Notes: generated by a model not told the origin, from the sequence alone. A DNA stretch of 63,814 nt, filler included, from Bdellovibrionota bacterium (GCA_963169515.1; 5 parts of 5 records of this genome joined end to end with filler, not necessarily neighbours in it); one strand, 5' to 3'; shown: positions 19,709 through 30,895, numbered from the whole stretch's first letter. Numbers and translations are program-made.

Positions 19709-20854
19709 CGAATTATAGAGAGCTTCTAAAACAATTAAAAGATTTCCGCCCGGCAGTATTTTTCCATTTACAAATATAGTCGGGGTACCCTGCACACCAT
19801 ATTCTTTGGCCTTGTTGCCATTGACGCTAATGCCTTTGGCCAATTCGATGGAATCAATGCAGGTGTGTAGCTCGGCTTCATTAAGGGCAAATTCTTTAGA
19901 AGCATTAGAAACTGTGAGTACGTCTTTATCTGCAAAGTGTTTAAAGGCCCAATGATAAATATCCCAACCCTTGCCGTGCTTGTCCGCGCATAGAGTGAGT
20001 TTTGCAAGAGTGCAGCGAAGCCCCCCATCGGACATTTGGACGACGGGATTACATTGGCTGTCGAGTGGGAAAGGATAAAAAGTTAATTGCACATCAGGAT
20101 GTGCAAGGGCAAAACCGCTCAACATGGATGCTGCATGCATACAGTGGGGGCAAAGAAAATCTGCAAATTCTATTATTTTAAAACGCGCATTTTCGGGGCC
20201 TAATTTAATTCCCACAAACTCTGAAAAGTCGCGAATGGGGTTGTCCGACCACTCTTGAATACTCGAAAGTTTGATTGAGCGTGTGGCATTTTTGAATTCA
20301 CGCAAATTCATGTCATTTACAAGAAATGTTAGAATCGGGACAGCAACAAATCCAGCGGAAAGCCACTTGTTGACAAATAGTCCTCTGATATCCGCAGTCG
20401 TTATAAATTTAGCATTCTGGTTTGTAATCCAGAGGCAAATGAGAGTGATAACTGAAAGAATATAAGCAAATATACAAAATAAACAAAAGGTCGCCATTTT
20501 TGTCAGAGATATTGACGCCATAACAATGCTTGCCGCCACGGCGACAGTGGCGAGTGTAACCGTCCAACGATAGAGCCTCGCATCTTTGCTCGTGGCAAAG
20601 CCTATAAGTGTGAAAAAAATTAAAAGTGAAAAAAATAACGCCCAAAGGGCAAGTGGCGCTCCAAAAAGTTCTGCGTAGGGACTCATTGCAACGGCTTCGC
20701 AATTAAACTTGTCGCTTATGGAGCAAATGGACTGGCCCCCAGCCGATCCGGTCTTTAGGCCAAAGTGCATTAGGGACAAATAAAGGTGAGTTGCAATGGT
20801 TAAAGCTAATGATATGAACGCGATCCGTAACGGGAGTTTCTTAGCATTTTCCAT
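19703..20854 (-). CDS. VKOR family protein fused to DsbA-like thioredoxin domain
   Basis: VKOR loop Cys pair (CSISDKFNC), FCLFC; EFADFLCPHC and GVQGTPTIFVNG. Confidence 0.92.
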   Translation of the reverse strand: MENAKKLPLRIAFISLALTIATHLYLSLMHFGLKTGSAGGQSICSISDKFNCEAVAMSPYAELFGAPLALWALFFSLLIFFTLIGFATSKDARLYRWTVTLATVAVAASIVMASISLTKMATFCLFCIFAYILSVITLICLWITNQNAKFITTADIRGLFVNKWLSAGFVAVPILTFLVNDMNLREFKNATRSIKLSSIQEWSDNPIRDFSEFVGIKLGPENARFKIIEFADFLCPHCMHAASMLSGFALAHPDVQLTFYPFPLDSQCNPVVQMSDGGLRCTLAKLTLCADKHGKGWDIYHWAFKHFADKDVLTVSNASKEFALNEAELHTCIDSIELAKGISVNGNKAKEYGVQGTPTIFVNGKILPGGNLLIVLEALYNSL

Positions 20855-20938
20855 AAGCTACATCTTACGATGAGAATCTGCTTAAAATCACATCCTTTCT
20901 GGGTTGACGAGGCGCAAGAGGAACCGCGACAATAAGAT

Positions 20939-21481
20939 GTGGAAAGTAAAGATTGGGTTTTGTTGATTAAAAATCAGACAAGAGGTCCGTACTCTAGGGG
21001 AGAGGTTGAGCAACTTCTAAGCTCTGGGGAAGCAAGATATTCTGATTATATTTGGACGTCGAAACTCACAAAATGGTACCCCGTCCGCGAGATTGCCAAT
21101 GTTAATTTTGATCCAGAACAGGTGGGAGGAACAACAGAGCCAATCTCGGATGCCACCTCGCCCAAAGAAGATTTTTTTTCTGAAGTGGTATTCCAGCCCC
21201 GGGAACGAGTGAATCTTGCCTTTATCGAGGAAGATCCTGCGGAGGCCGAGACAGAAAACCTGGCTTTCTCTCCTTTGCGCGAGCTTGTAAGTGAAATTGT
21301 GTGGGACAAAGACCTTGAAATGATTCAACCCGAGAAGAAGACGGGGACGGCGTATTCATCACGATTATTGCATCTTACACAATCTTTTGGCTTTTCAATT
21401 CGAAATACGGAAAAACCATTTATTTTGGGTTGGTTCTTTGTTATTTCTGGATTATTAATGCTTCTAGCATATATTCTATAA
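20939..21481 (+). CDS. GYF_2 (DUF4339) domain membrane-anchored protein
   Basis: W...QTRGPYS...IWTSKLTKW; C-terminal TM. Confidence 0.75.
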   Translation: MESKDWVLLIKNQTRGPYSRGEVEQLLSSGEARYSDYIWTSKLTKWYPVREIANVNFDPEQVGGTTEPISDATSPKEDFFSEVVFQPRERVNLAFIEEDPAEAETENLAFSPLRELVSEIVWDKDLEMIQPEKKTGTAYSSRLLHLTQSFGFSIRNTEKPFILGWFFVISGLLMLLAYIL

Positions 21482-21495
21482 TCCTGGAGTCATAG

Positions 21496-23181
21496 TTGAT
21501 TGAAGAGCTTAAAGCACAAACTGCCGAGTTTATCAAAAAGACTCTTAAGGTAGACAGCGTAGATCTGGAAATTCCAAAAAACTTAGAACATGGCCATTTA
21601 GCATACCCTGTATTTTCTTTTGCAAAAACACTCAAGAAAGCCCCCCCAGTGATTGCACAGGAATTTTCGAAAGCTCTATCCGAGGGGAAACCTGAGTATG
21701 TGGAATCAATCAATCCGCTCGGCGGATATGTTAATGTTCTTTTCAAGAATGAGTTTTTGCAGGCATTTTTATTTAAGAAAATTTCCGAGAATGAAAATAA
21801 ATTAGGCTATTCGAGTCGTGGACAGGGAAAAAGGGTGGTTATTGATTACTCATCGCCGAACGTGGCAAAACCAATGAGCATCGGACATTTGCGGGCGACT
21901 GTGATTGGACAGGCCATTCGAAATTTAGCGGTAACCCAAGGCTATGAAGTGACGGGCCTAAATTATCTTGGCGATTGGGGCGTTCAGTTCGGCAAGCTCG
22001 CATGGGCTTATATGAATTGGGGAAATGAGTATCCATTCAAAGAAAAACCATTTGAGTCACTTTATAATTTGTACGTGCGTTTCCACGAGGATGCTGAAAA
22101 AAATAAAGAGCTCGAAAAGGAAGGATCTCTTGTTTTTAAGAGGCTTGAGGAAAATGACCCCGAGATCTCGAAGTTATGGAAGATGTTCCTGGATATTTCA
22201 TTGAAAGAATACAATAGGATTTATGGATTGCTCAATATTAAATTTGATTTGATTCAAGGAGAATCGTTCCATAATAAAGATTTGGAGCCTACGGTTGATT
22301 TGCTCCGTGAAGCTGGAATTTTGGAAGAAAGCGATGGAGCACAGGTGGTCTTTTTAGGAGAAGACAAGCCTCCATGTATTATTAAAAAATCAGATGGTGC
22401 ATCACTTTATGCCACCCGAGATCTTGCCAGCGCTATTTATCGCAAAAAAGATCTTAAGGCTGACAAAATTTTGTATGTCGTTGGTGTAGATCAGACCTTG
22501 CATTTTCAACAGGTTTTCGAAGTTCTTGGAAAAATGGGATTTGGCTGGAGCAAAGACTGCCACCATATTGCATTTGGAATGTATCGTTTCAAGGATATTG
22601 GTCGTATGTCGACGCGCAAAGGGAACGTCGTGTTTATGGATGACGTTTTAACAAAAGCGATTGAGCTAGCAAAAAAAATTATCAAAGAAAAAAATCCTGA
22701 CTTAAAAAATCAAGATGAGATTGCACGATTGGTAGGGGTTGGGGCAATTGTTTTCCATGATCTTTTGGGTGATCGGGTGAAGAATGTGGATTTTGATTGG
22801 GATCGTGTCTTAGATTTTGAAGGGGATAGTGGCCCCTATGTTCAATACACAATTGTTCGCTGCAAAAGCATTTTGCGAAAATCGGACATCCTACCTAAAT
22901 TTGAAAAAACTTTGAACACCAAAGAGGAACAAGAGCTTGTGAACCAGTTACTTCATTACTCTGAGTATTTAAAAAATGGATTTGAACATTTCAAACCGAA
23001 TCTCCTTGCTCAATATTTGATCGACACCTGTCGTGCGTTTAACTTGTACTATGCAAAACATAAGATTTTGACGGGCGACGCTGCTTTGGTCCCATCTCGT
23101 CTAATGCTTGTGAAAGCCACAGAGACCATTTTGGCAAGCGGTCTTAAAGTCTTAGGGATAGAATCTCCTGCCGAAATGTAA
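21496..23181 (+). CDS. argS: Arginine--tRNA ligase
   Basis: DYSSPNVAKPMSIGHLR, GDWGVQFG, MSTRKG, GDSGPYVQY; TTG start. Confidence 0.98.
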   Translation: MIEELKAQTAEFIKKTLKVDSVDLEIPKNLEHGHLAYPVFSFAKTLKKAPPVIAQEFSKALSEGKPEYVESINPLGGYVNVLFKNEFLQAFLFKKISENENKLGYSSRGQGKRVVIDYSSPNVAKPMSIGHLRATVIGQAIRNLAVTQGYEVTGLNYLGDWGVQFGKLAWAYMNWGNEYPFKEKPFESLYNLYVRFHEDAEKNKELEKEGSLVFKRLEENDPEISKLWKMFLDISLKEYNRIYGLLNIKFDLIQGESFHNKDLEPTVDLLREAGILEESDGAQVVFLGEDKPPCIIKKSDGASLYATRDLASAIYRKKDLKADKILYVVGVDQTLHFQQVFEVLGKMGFGWSKDCHHIAFGMYRFKDIGRMSTRKGNVVFMDDVLTKAIELAKKIIKEKNPDLKNQDEIARLVGVGAIVFHDLLGDRVKNVDFDWDRVLDFEGDSGPYVQYTIVRCKSILRKSDILPKFEKTLNTKEEQELVNQLLHYSEYLKNGFEHFKPNLLAQYLIDTCRAFNLYYAKHKILTGDAALVPSRLMLVKATETILASGLKVLGIESPAEM

Positions 23182-23310
23182 ACTGTGGCTCTTCGACCTA
23201 GGGTGAGATTTCCCGAAAACCTGTCTTTTTTTGAGACGTCTTTAATCTCTGTTCACGAATCTACCCCCAAAGCCTAATTTTAGCCTGGTTTTTGACCGAT
23301 GAAATGACTG

Positions 23311-23982
23311 ATGAGGCTCTCAAATTTTTCAATGTTTTCATTGGGTTTGATGATTTTTTTATTTGTGGCTTTCACAAGTTTTAAAAATCATTTCAGCGGT
23401 CTTCGTGAAACAAAGGAAATGCTCACTCATACGCAGACATTACTGGAACAAGAAAAAATTAAATCTTCGATTGCATACTACGAACTTGAAAATATGCGGC
23501 AAAACGTCGCAATGGTTTTACCGAAAAGTACAATATCCAAAGATTATCCTGTGCGAATGCTTGCAAGCGTATCGCGCGATTCACTAAAAAAACCATTAGA
23601 GGGATTTTCAAGTACGGCCGCGTTCAACAATGCAAAAAAACAGTTTCGTGATAAAAATTATAAAAAATCAAACGCTTTGTTTGCAGATATAATTCGGACT
23701 TACAAATATTCCATTCATTTGCCAGAGGCCTATTTTTTGCTTGTAGAGGGACTTTACCAAGTCAGTGATTACGAGAAGTGCTTAAAAGAACTCAATGTTA
23801 TGATCGATCAGTTTCCGGAAAACGAATTGACCGGTTTCGGTATGATTCGAATGGGACAAATCTTTGAAAAAAGAGAGCGCCTGGACGAAGCAAAATCAAT
23901 TTACACATCTGTTTTACATTCTTTTGAAAATAAGGAACTCAAAAAACAGGCTCAATTTTTGCTGGATAAAATAGATTTATGA
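23311..23982 (+). CDS. Membrane-anchored TPR protein (CpoB/BamD-like repeats)
   Basis: N-terminal TM; TPR-like helices; upstream TAAT-N16-ACCGATGA. Confidence 0.75.
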   Translation: MRLSNFSMFSLGLMIFLFVAFTSFKNHFSGLRETKEMLTHTQTLLEQEKIKSSIAYYELENMRQNVAMVLPKSTISKDYPVRMLASVSRDSLKKPLEGFSSTAAFNNAKKQFRDKNYKKSNALFADIIRTYKYSIHLPEAYFLLVEGLYQVSDYEKCLKELNVMIDQFPENELTGFGMIRMGQIFEKRERLDEAKSIYTSVLHSFENKELKKQAQFLLDKIDL

Positions 23983-24734
23983 AAATGCTTCGAATTATTC
24001 TGGTATTCCTTTCATTTTCTATGGAGATCCATGTAGAAGCCGAGTGGGTGACTTTATTGAATCAAGCCGCACTAATTCAGTATCCGGCTGATTGTGTAGA
24101 GGTTTGCGGTTATAAAACCTTCCCATTACGGAAATACACTATCGAAGAGGGGAAGCGAAAAATAACTTTAGGTAGTGATACGATTATTCTAAAAAAAGCG
24201 TCAGAAATTTACGCATTTGTTTCGGGTGAAGCTTTATTTAAGGGCGTGGTTGCCATTGAACTTCCAGTAGGAATGCTGAAAGTCGAAGACGAAAAAAGTC
24301 TGATTTATGTTTCTAAGCGTGATGATAAATATTTAGTGCGAACACTGCTTGGAGCTGTAAAAGTTGAACCTAAGGGGGCTGCAAAAGGCGTAGAAATCCC
24401 TCAAGGTTATGAAAACACGATATCTGGCGTAATAGTAAATGGATTTGCAGAAGTTGGGTTCCCCATTTCAATCGACGCGAATGAAATGATTTATAAATGG
24501 GCTTCGATGTATGATGGGTCTAAAAAGCAATTTGCAGCAGAAGTGGCTGTGTTCAAAGAAATCCATGCGCGTGCACGCAACGAAATCAGCCAAGTCTATA
24601 CTGAAATTTCAGAACGCATGATAGCCTCTCATAATGAGCAGATGGAAAAAGAAAAGATTCGTAGAGAGAAGGATCGTCGTGAGCGTGCTGCGCTCCAAAG
24701 GATGTATGAGCGCAAGGTAATGGGTCTCGAATAG
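23979..24734 (+). CDS. Exported protein with degenerate FecR-like beta region and charged C-terminal helix
   Basis: Signal peptide; ITLGSDT...FVSGE...LPVG...VRTLLGAVKV...IPQG pattern; ATGA overlap with upstream gene. Confidence 0.6.
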   Translation: MKMLRIILVFLSFSMEIHVEAEWVTLLNQAALIQYPADCVEVCGYKTFPLRKYTIEEGKRKITLGSDTIILKKASEIYAFVSGEALFKGVVAIELPVGMLKVEDEKSLIYVSKRDDKYLVRTLLGAVKVEPKGAAKGVEIPQGYENTISGVIVNGFAEVGFPISIDANEMIYKWASMYDGSKKQFAAEVAVFKEIHARARNEISQVYTEISERMIASHNEQMEKEKIRREKDRRERAALQRMYERKVMGLE

Positions 24735-24885
24735 GTACTGAAAAAAATACATTCTAAGCGTCAATAAACAGCTCTTAACCCCCTAAAATTCATTGGAAAT
24801 CGCTTATCGGGCTTGTTTCCGGGGTATCTTTTTTGCTTGTTTAGAAGCCAGGTCAAACTTATCTAGAGAAATCGGGGTTATTTAC

Positions 24886-26139
24886 GTGAAGGGTAAAGTT
24901 TTGCACGCAATTGTATTGGCAATTTTATTGCTGAGTTCGAATGTCCAGGCTGATTTTGGTTTGGCCGCTACGCTACCCAAAGGGGTACGTTTATTTTCGT
25001 TTCGGTTAGGGTACATTTCTGGATTCACAGAAGAATTTGATCCCAATGGGACCTTACGTGCTCTTGACCGCTACAATATTCAAATGGATGCAAAAGCAAT
25101 CCAAAAATTAAGTCCAAACAGTTATAACCTTTTGAAATCGGTTTTGGACACCCAATCGTTTAGTAATCTTGCGCCCGCCGAATCGTTAAATATTGGGCAA
25201 CTGAATTTCAATGGAGATTCAGATTTGAAGATTTTTGTTCCTGTCCTAGGGATCGGGCTCACTGATGGATGGTCGATTGGTCTTGCGGTCCCAATTGTAA
25301 CCCATACTTCAAATATAACAATAGGGCAGTCAGGATATAATAACACGCTGGATATTTTTGGACAGATATCTTCAAACCCGGGTTCACTGAGCCCAGCTTT
25401 GGCGCAAGCGGAACATGATTTATCACAAGGCCCTGCGTACCTGTTTAACAAAGAGCGTGTAAGAATGGGATACAAGGAAGTAAGGCCGTCGGAGACGCAA
25501 TTTTTAGGCGACATCGTGATGGCCAGTCGTTTGAAGCTCACGGAAAAAGGACGGTGGGGGATGTACTTCCTGCAGGATTTAAATCTTCCGACAGGACCCG
25601 AGGACGACCCAGACAACCTTGTTGATTTGCCCGTATTTCATAAGTTGTATTTGGACAATACCTTAATGCAGAACTATTCATTGAGCCGAAAACTTGCGTT
25701 GGCCTGGGGCCTGAAGTACCGGTTGAATCTGCCGGATCAGATTTCGGTTCGCGTTCCAGAGCAATCGGGCTCACCCCTTGTGGCATTGGATCGGAAAGAG
25801 CGGGTCGATAGAGATATAGCGGATGAGTTTTCGACACAATTAATATCGATATTAACACTTGTGCAAGAAATAAAACTAGGCGCTGCCTATGAAATGGGAT
25901 TCAAAGGTAGCGATGGATTTTCTGGTGATCGCGGGTATGACTATAGCTTGCTAAGCGAGAACACAGATTCATTTTGGGGCATTATGAGATTAAAGGGAAC
26001 TTATTCCACGGTTGAACACTATCGGCGCAGGAAAACAGGTATCCCTTTTGATATCACATACACGTTTTCCGATGTCATCGTTGGGAAAAACTATGAACGT
26101 CAGATGTCCCATGAAATTTTAGGAACTTTATACTTTTGA
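24886..26139 (+). CDS. Putative outer-membrane beta-barrel protein
   Basis: Signal peptide ending VQA, LGIGLTDGWSIG and NLPTG barrel-type motifs, terminal aromatic (TLYF). Confidence 0.7.
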   Translation: MKGKVLHAIVLAILLLSSNVQADFGLAATLPKGVRLFSFRLGYISGFTEEFDPNGTLRALDRYNIQMDAKAIQKLSPNSYNLLKSVLDTQSFSNLAPAESLNIGQLNFNGDSDLKIFVPVLGIGLTDGWSIGLAVPIVTHTSNITIGQSGYNNTLDIFGQISSNPGSLSPALAQAEHDLSQGPAYLFNKERVRMGYKEVRPSETQFLGDIVMASRLKLTEKGRWGMYFLQDLNLPTGPEDDPDNLVDLPVFHKLYLDNTLMQNYSLSRKLALAWGLKYRLNLPDQISVRVPEQSGSPLVALDRKERVDRDIADEFSTQLISILTLVQEIKLGAAYEMGFKGSDGFSGDRGYDYSLLSENTDSFWGIMRLKGTYSTVEHYRRRKTGIPFDITYTFSDVIVGKNYERQMSHEILGTLYF

Positions 26140-29114
26140 AAAACGTAATATTTATTTTTATTTTGTGTATATCGGTTGTAGCGTGTGCGCCAAAAGCACA
26201 ACATTCGCCAAAGGCAACCGACGGATTCGCTGACTTTGGACCAACCACGGAAGACTCGGTGGTTGAAATTAACAAATCAGCAACTTTCGACAGTTTGTAT
26301 CCAACATCCAAGCTGACGGATTCAGCGGCAGATATTTTTCGGTTTGCAGATGAAGTTTTAGATTATTCTAATGCACAAGCTGGGAATGTTGCTTTAAAAA
26401 AATTCGCACATAATCTGCTGGCCATGTTTTATTCGACTCCGGATACGACGACCCATTTTGAACCGGAGAACTCGGCCTATTTGCAAGCGGCAATGGCTTT
26501 TGAAGGCGAGAATATCTACAAGTATGTTAAATCTCTCAGTTCAGAAGACACGGGTAAAAGAATTGAAGCTGTTATTGAAAATGAAAAATTACCTTGGCCT
26601 GCCAGTGTAACCTTGGAGCCTAAGGTTTTCATTGTTGCCATCAAGAACTATTTGAACTTGCTTCCAGCTAAGATGAGTCAAAATGGGGTTTCTGCTCCAA
26701 TAGTAGAGTCATTTGATGTGGCCATGAAACGAGATTTCATCCCAAGTTTAGATGAAGCCCAACAACACCTCGAGGATGTGGGGCCAAAGGCACCCCTGAA
26801 GGAAAATTTGGTTGCGATAAAAAATGCCGTGACGAAATTGACTGTATTGCCAGTGACATTGCGAGCAGATATTCAGAAACAATTACAAGAAGCTGAATCC
26901 TATCAAAAACTCATCAGTCGCACTGACAGTTCTGCGTCGAAGGCTGACGATATGGTTCAGGTTGTGACCAGAATATGGCTCCGATTGGCGCCCGAAGATC
27001 GCGTGAAGTATATCAGGGGAATAAATCAAAAGTTGTATGAGGTATTAGTTGAGGCGACGCCTCAACAGTTACAGTATTTCGCAGGGTTCACTCGCGAGTG
27101 CAAGTCCGGAGAAACGGCAGCTAATTGTTACGACCCCGGGATCAGAGACAATTTGTATCGTCAAGGTTTAGATAAGGGATTCAAAAACAGCTGCTTTGAT
27201 AAGGTTACGCAAGCGCTTAATGAATGGCTATTTAAATATAACGAATATGGAAGGATGCAGGTCTTTCGAAATAAGTATCCAGACATATATCAATTATTCA
27301 CGGAACCGGTTGGTGGTAAGCAGTTAAGCGACGAAGACTTAAAAGGATATGTTGGAAGTTTGGGTGGCTATCCCATCCTTCGATCAGAGGAATCCCTGGC
27401 TTTTGAACGACGGACCCAGAACCTCTGTATTAGCGGGATTGCAAATTCTGTGGTTCAATCGATCAACGAATTCTTATTGCGCAAATTAGATAGCGTGATC
27501 CGCGCACAAGATCAGAATTTACAAAAGGTTGTGTTGGGCTCTGTAAAGAAAAATTTGGAAAATCTAAGAAAGTCTGTGGGACAAATTTCGGATTTTGGAC
27601 AGTATTTTGATAAATTAGCAATTCCTGAATTAAAGAGGGTTATGTTTACTGACATCGAATCGCTTCCCGCTATTGAGCGCAAAGATGTAAGTTTAAATTT
27701 AATAGATAGACGTCTTACGATTAAGCCCATAGTTGGCACTACTTTTATAACTGGAGCTGAAGTTTTGGGTGCTTCCATGTCGGCAAATTCAAAGCGGTTT
27801 GAGGGACTTAGCAAAATTGAAGGAAAAGATCCAAAGACAAAAGAGTATTGGCGGGTGGTCTTTGCAGAAATTAATAAAATGCTCGCAGTACTTGGGTTTC
27901 GAAAGATGGACAATACAATGTTTCAATCTTTGCATCGCCCAATTTTTGGCGCGTTGAGCGAGCTTGATGTTTATAAATATGACTGTAACCCAACCCTTTT
28001 GGATAAACAGGAGAAATTAAAAACTGAAAGCAAATCAATGCCAACAGCAGACAATAGAATCACTCGCCTTGAAGACTGCAACGGATATACTCAGTTCTCG
28101 GACTCATATTTTGCAATTCCGGATACACTGGTAATTGAGAGTGGCTTTACTCCTGTTGATGCAGGAACGCCAAATGTGTCTGTGGCAGGGCAAGCAGAAG
28201 TGCTGAAAGGTGCAAGCGGAATGCTGTCTTACTTTAAAGATTGGGAAAAGACAGAGGATGATTACGACGTGGGTTTGGGGCAGTTGGACTATCGTGGGTT
28301 TCGCTTACTTCCAAAGCAAGCCTTCGTAAACCTTTCGTTTGGAATTATGTCTGTTGCCCTTCGAAATTTGCGAAGGACACAAACCCAACTAAGAATGTTT
28401 GATCAGTGGGGACAAGAGATCAAAGATTGGATGAAATCAAACGATCCACGGTCCCTTCGAATTTCGGCCGCATTGTCAAACTTGAGTGCGGATGGGCGCA
28501 GTCAGATTATTAGGTCGTCCGATCTGGCACGTTTTATTATTGCTATTGACGAATTTGCAAAATCTACGGACGGGATTGAGGGGACGAAAGCGTCGGTGAT
28601 TAATCCCCCTGACAAAAAAGAGCGTATCAATTTAAAAGCCTTGATCGCAGGGAAGAAACAAGTTTTAGTCATGATGGTGGGGTTGCAGAATTTTCTTGTA
28701 AGTAAGTTTCAAGACAAAGATGGCGGATTTTGGCATACGTATTCTTTAGATAAAAACCAATTGATAGATACGGAAACTCCTCGTAAGCTCGAAGATCAAG
28801 CGCTGATCCAAAACGCGCTTTTGCGAACCTATGCACGCTGGGGCGGGCAAGGTGCAAAATGGGCGGCAATAGATTCTGTTCACTTTTCTAATACAAAACT
28901 GTGGAATGGTAAGATCGGATTTTATAATGCAACTGAATCTGGCGGCCAAGTAAATCCGTATGTCTTTGTTCTTACGCTGCGCAATTTGAGAAATGTGATT
29001 CCCCTTTTTAAGAGTGAAAAAAGCCGAGATCAGGCAAAAAGGGTTCTTGAGTTTTGGGATTCAAAGTTTATTGAGTGGGCGATAGATCAAGACAAGATTG
29101 GTCCGCGCCCTTAG
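26136..29114 (+). CDS. Large lipoprotein, unknown function
   Basis: Lipobox VVAC; 992 aa; C-terminal DGGFW...LEDQA...LWN..IGFY resembles an (alpha/alpha)6 barrel segment. Confidence 0.8.
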   Translation: MKNVIFIFILCISVVACAPKAQHSPKATDGFADFGPTTEDSVVEINKSATFDSLYPTSKLTDSAADIFRFADEVLDYSNAQAGNVALKKFAHNLLAMFYSTPDTTTHFEPENSAYLQAAMAFEGENIYKYVKSLSSEDTGKRIEAVIENEKLPWPASVTLEPKVFIVAIKNYLNLLPAKMSQNGVSAPIVESFDVAMKRDFIPSLDEAQQHLEDVGPKAPLKENLVAIKNAVTKLTVLPVTLRADIQKQLQEAESYQKLISRTDSSASKADDMVQVVTRIWLRLAPEDRVKYIRGINQKLYEVLVEATPQQLQYFAGFTRECKSGETAANCYDPGIRDNLYRQGLDKGFKNSCFDKVTQALNEWLFKYNEYGRMQVFRNKYPDIYQLFTEPVGGKQLSDEDLKGYVGSLGGYPILRSEESLAFERRTQNLCISGIANSVVQSINEFLLRKLDSVIRAQDQNLQKVVLGSVKKNLENLRKSVGQISDFGQYFDKLAIPELKRVMFTDIESLPAIERKDVSLNLIDRRLTIKPIVGTTFITGAEVLGASMSANSKRFEGLSKIEGKDPKTKEYWRVVFAEINKMLAVLGFRKMDNTMFQSLHRPIFGALSELDVYKYDCNPTLLDKQEKLKTESKSMPTADNRITRLEDCNGYTQFSDSYFAIPDTLVIESGFTPVDAGTPNVSVAGQAEVLKGASGMLSYFKDWEKTEDDYDVGLGQLDYRGFRLLPKQAFVNLSFGIMSVALRNLRRTQTQLRMFDQWGQEIKDWMKSNDPRSLRISAALSNLSADGRSQIIRSSDLARFIIAIDEFAKSTDGIEGTKASVINPPDKKERINLKALIAGKKQVLVMMVGLQNFLVSKFQDKDGGFWHTYSLDKNQLIDTETPRKLEDQALIQNALLRTYARWGGQGAKWAAIDSVHFSNTKLWNGKIGFYNATESGGQVNPYVFVLTLRNLRNVIPLFKSEKSRDQAKRVLEFWDSKFIEWAIDQDKIGPRP

Positions 29115-29240
29115 TCCTGCAAAGCTATACCTAAGCATTAAAATTTAAGACTGTTTTTATAACCTAATACATTCCCATTTTTGTACTTCTAAGCCTGTGA
29201 TAATATAAAAGAAAATTGGTAAATCAAAAGGGGGACATGG

Positions 29241-30893
29241 ATGTCCACAGATTCAGTTAATAACGACGACAAAAGAGCGCAGAACTACAGCCGGGTCAAA
29301 AAAGAATATGATCTGCGTGAGGCCCGACTTAAACAGAAACAACAGGAACAATTAAACCGATTGAATCAAGCACACGCTGAAGAAATTCGAAATATTGAAA
29401 AGCAGCACGCAAAAGATTTGGAGTCTTACCGTGTTAATAACCGGAATGCGCTCACCAAGACTGAGGCGAAATATCAAAAAGATATTCAAGATATGCAAGA
29501 GGCCAATCGAAAAAAATCTATGCAAGATGCCGAAGAACAGTCTGCACGATTAAAACACAATGAAAATGAGAAAAAGACCACCATCGAAAAAAACAAACAA
29601 ATTCACGACAGTCAGATGAAGACTTTAAATGAAACTTATGAGCGCAATATGAGTAATCGCAATAACGAATACGCAGACACTGTAAAAGACATGAAAGAAA
29701 GTCAGCGGAAATCCATTCAGCATGAGCGTGAGAGCCTGACTGAGGCTCACAATAAAGAGATGGATAGCTACAAGGAATATTCTGACAACAAAATTAACAA
29801 CTTGGGACGTGATCTGCAAAATACCCGCGACGTTAAAGGCAATGAAATCACAACGCTGAAAACAAAATTGATGAATCAACAAATGAAGGCAAGTAGCGAT
29901 AAAATTGCGGCCCTCAATGACGAACGAAAAATGCAGCAGAATTATTTAAATAAATACAAATCGGGTGTGGAGGCTGATCGTGAGGCGCTTCAGCGAACCC
30001 ACGAAGAAACAATGCTCAAGCAAAATAATGAGTTTCAAAAAGGTATGAGCAATATGAGAGCGAACACTCAAACTACGTACGGGCGCACCATTGCAGAGCT
30101 TGAGCGAGAGGTTCGCGATAAAGAATATCAGCGCGATATCGATAAGTTTAACAATCAAATTGCAATGCGAAATGAACGAACACGCATGAAAGAAGCGCAC
30201 AGGAACGAATTGGAATCTGCTGAAGACAAGCGTAAGCAAATCGTAGGAATTGCAAACGAACGTTCGTCCAACGATATCAAGAAGTTGCAGAAGGACAACA
30301 TGGAACGAATGACCGATCAAAGATATTTTTACGAAGACAGAATCGGACAGATGCAGGACAAATATGCAGAAGATGTTCAGACTCGAGTTTTGAACCTGCA
30401 AACGCAAAACGATCGGGATAAACGTCAAGATGAGCTGCGAGATCGCAAGGTTGAGCGTCTCTATGCGGATGAGAAGGCTCAAGTTGAAGGCTATTTTAAA
30501 GACGTAATTGATCAAAAAGAAAAGCAGCATAAAGAGGAAGTAGTCGCCCAACGGGACAAATTGCTCGGCGATCTAAAGAGTAATGCAGAAATGTACCGCG
30601 GGAAAATACGTAGCATGGATACGGATTTTAATAAAAAGCTTCTGCTTCAAGAAGAGACCTATATGACGAGAATGAACGATATGCAGCAACAGCATAAAAA
30701 TGAACTGCAGGCGCTTCAAAGAAGGTACCAGGCGCGCATTGACGAAATGGATAAAACACGTAAGTTTGAAGTAGAGACCCAGAAAGCGCAAAGTGCTGCA
30801 AGAGAAAATCAAATTAAAGAGCAACATAATCGTCAAATGGAGCAAATGCGTGTTTCCCATATGCAAAACCAAATTAAAAAATCTGAAAGTTAA
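29241..30893 (+). CDS. Coiled-coil hypothetical protein
   Basis: 550 aa, highly Q/E/K/R/N-rich, no Pro, Cys or Trp seen. Confidence 0.85.
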   Translation: MSTDSVNNDDKRAQNYSRVKKEYDLREARLKQKQQEQLNRLNQAHAEEIRNIEKQHAKDLESYRVNNRNALTKTEAKYQKDIQDMQEANRKKSMQDAEEQSARLKHNENEKKTTIEKNKQIHDSQMKTLNETYERNMSNRNNEYADTVKDMKESQRKSIQHERESLTEAHNKEMDSYKEYSDNKINNLGRDLQNTRDVKGNEITTLKTKLMNQQMKASSDKIAALNDERKMQQNYLNKYKSGVEADREALQRTHEETMLKQNNEFQKGMSNMRANTQTTYGRTIAELEREVRDKEYQRDIDKFNNQIAMRNERTRMKEAHRNELESAEDKRKQIVGIANERSSNDIKKLQKDNMERMTDQRYFYEDRIGQMQDKYAEDVQTRVLNLQTQNDRDKRQDELRDRKVERLYADEKAQVEGYFKDVIDQKEKQHKEEVVAQRDKLLGDLKSNAEMYRGKIRSMDTDFNKKLLLQEETYMTRMNDMQQQHKNELQALQRRYQARIDEMDKTRKFEVETQKAQSAARENQIKEQHNRQMEQMRVSHMQNQIKKSES

Positions 30894-30895
30894 TT

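Noticed and set aside
29625..30872. Long hydrophobic antisense ORFs
   Set aside because: Shadow frames of the A-rich coiled-coil gene
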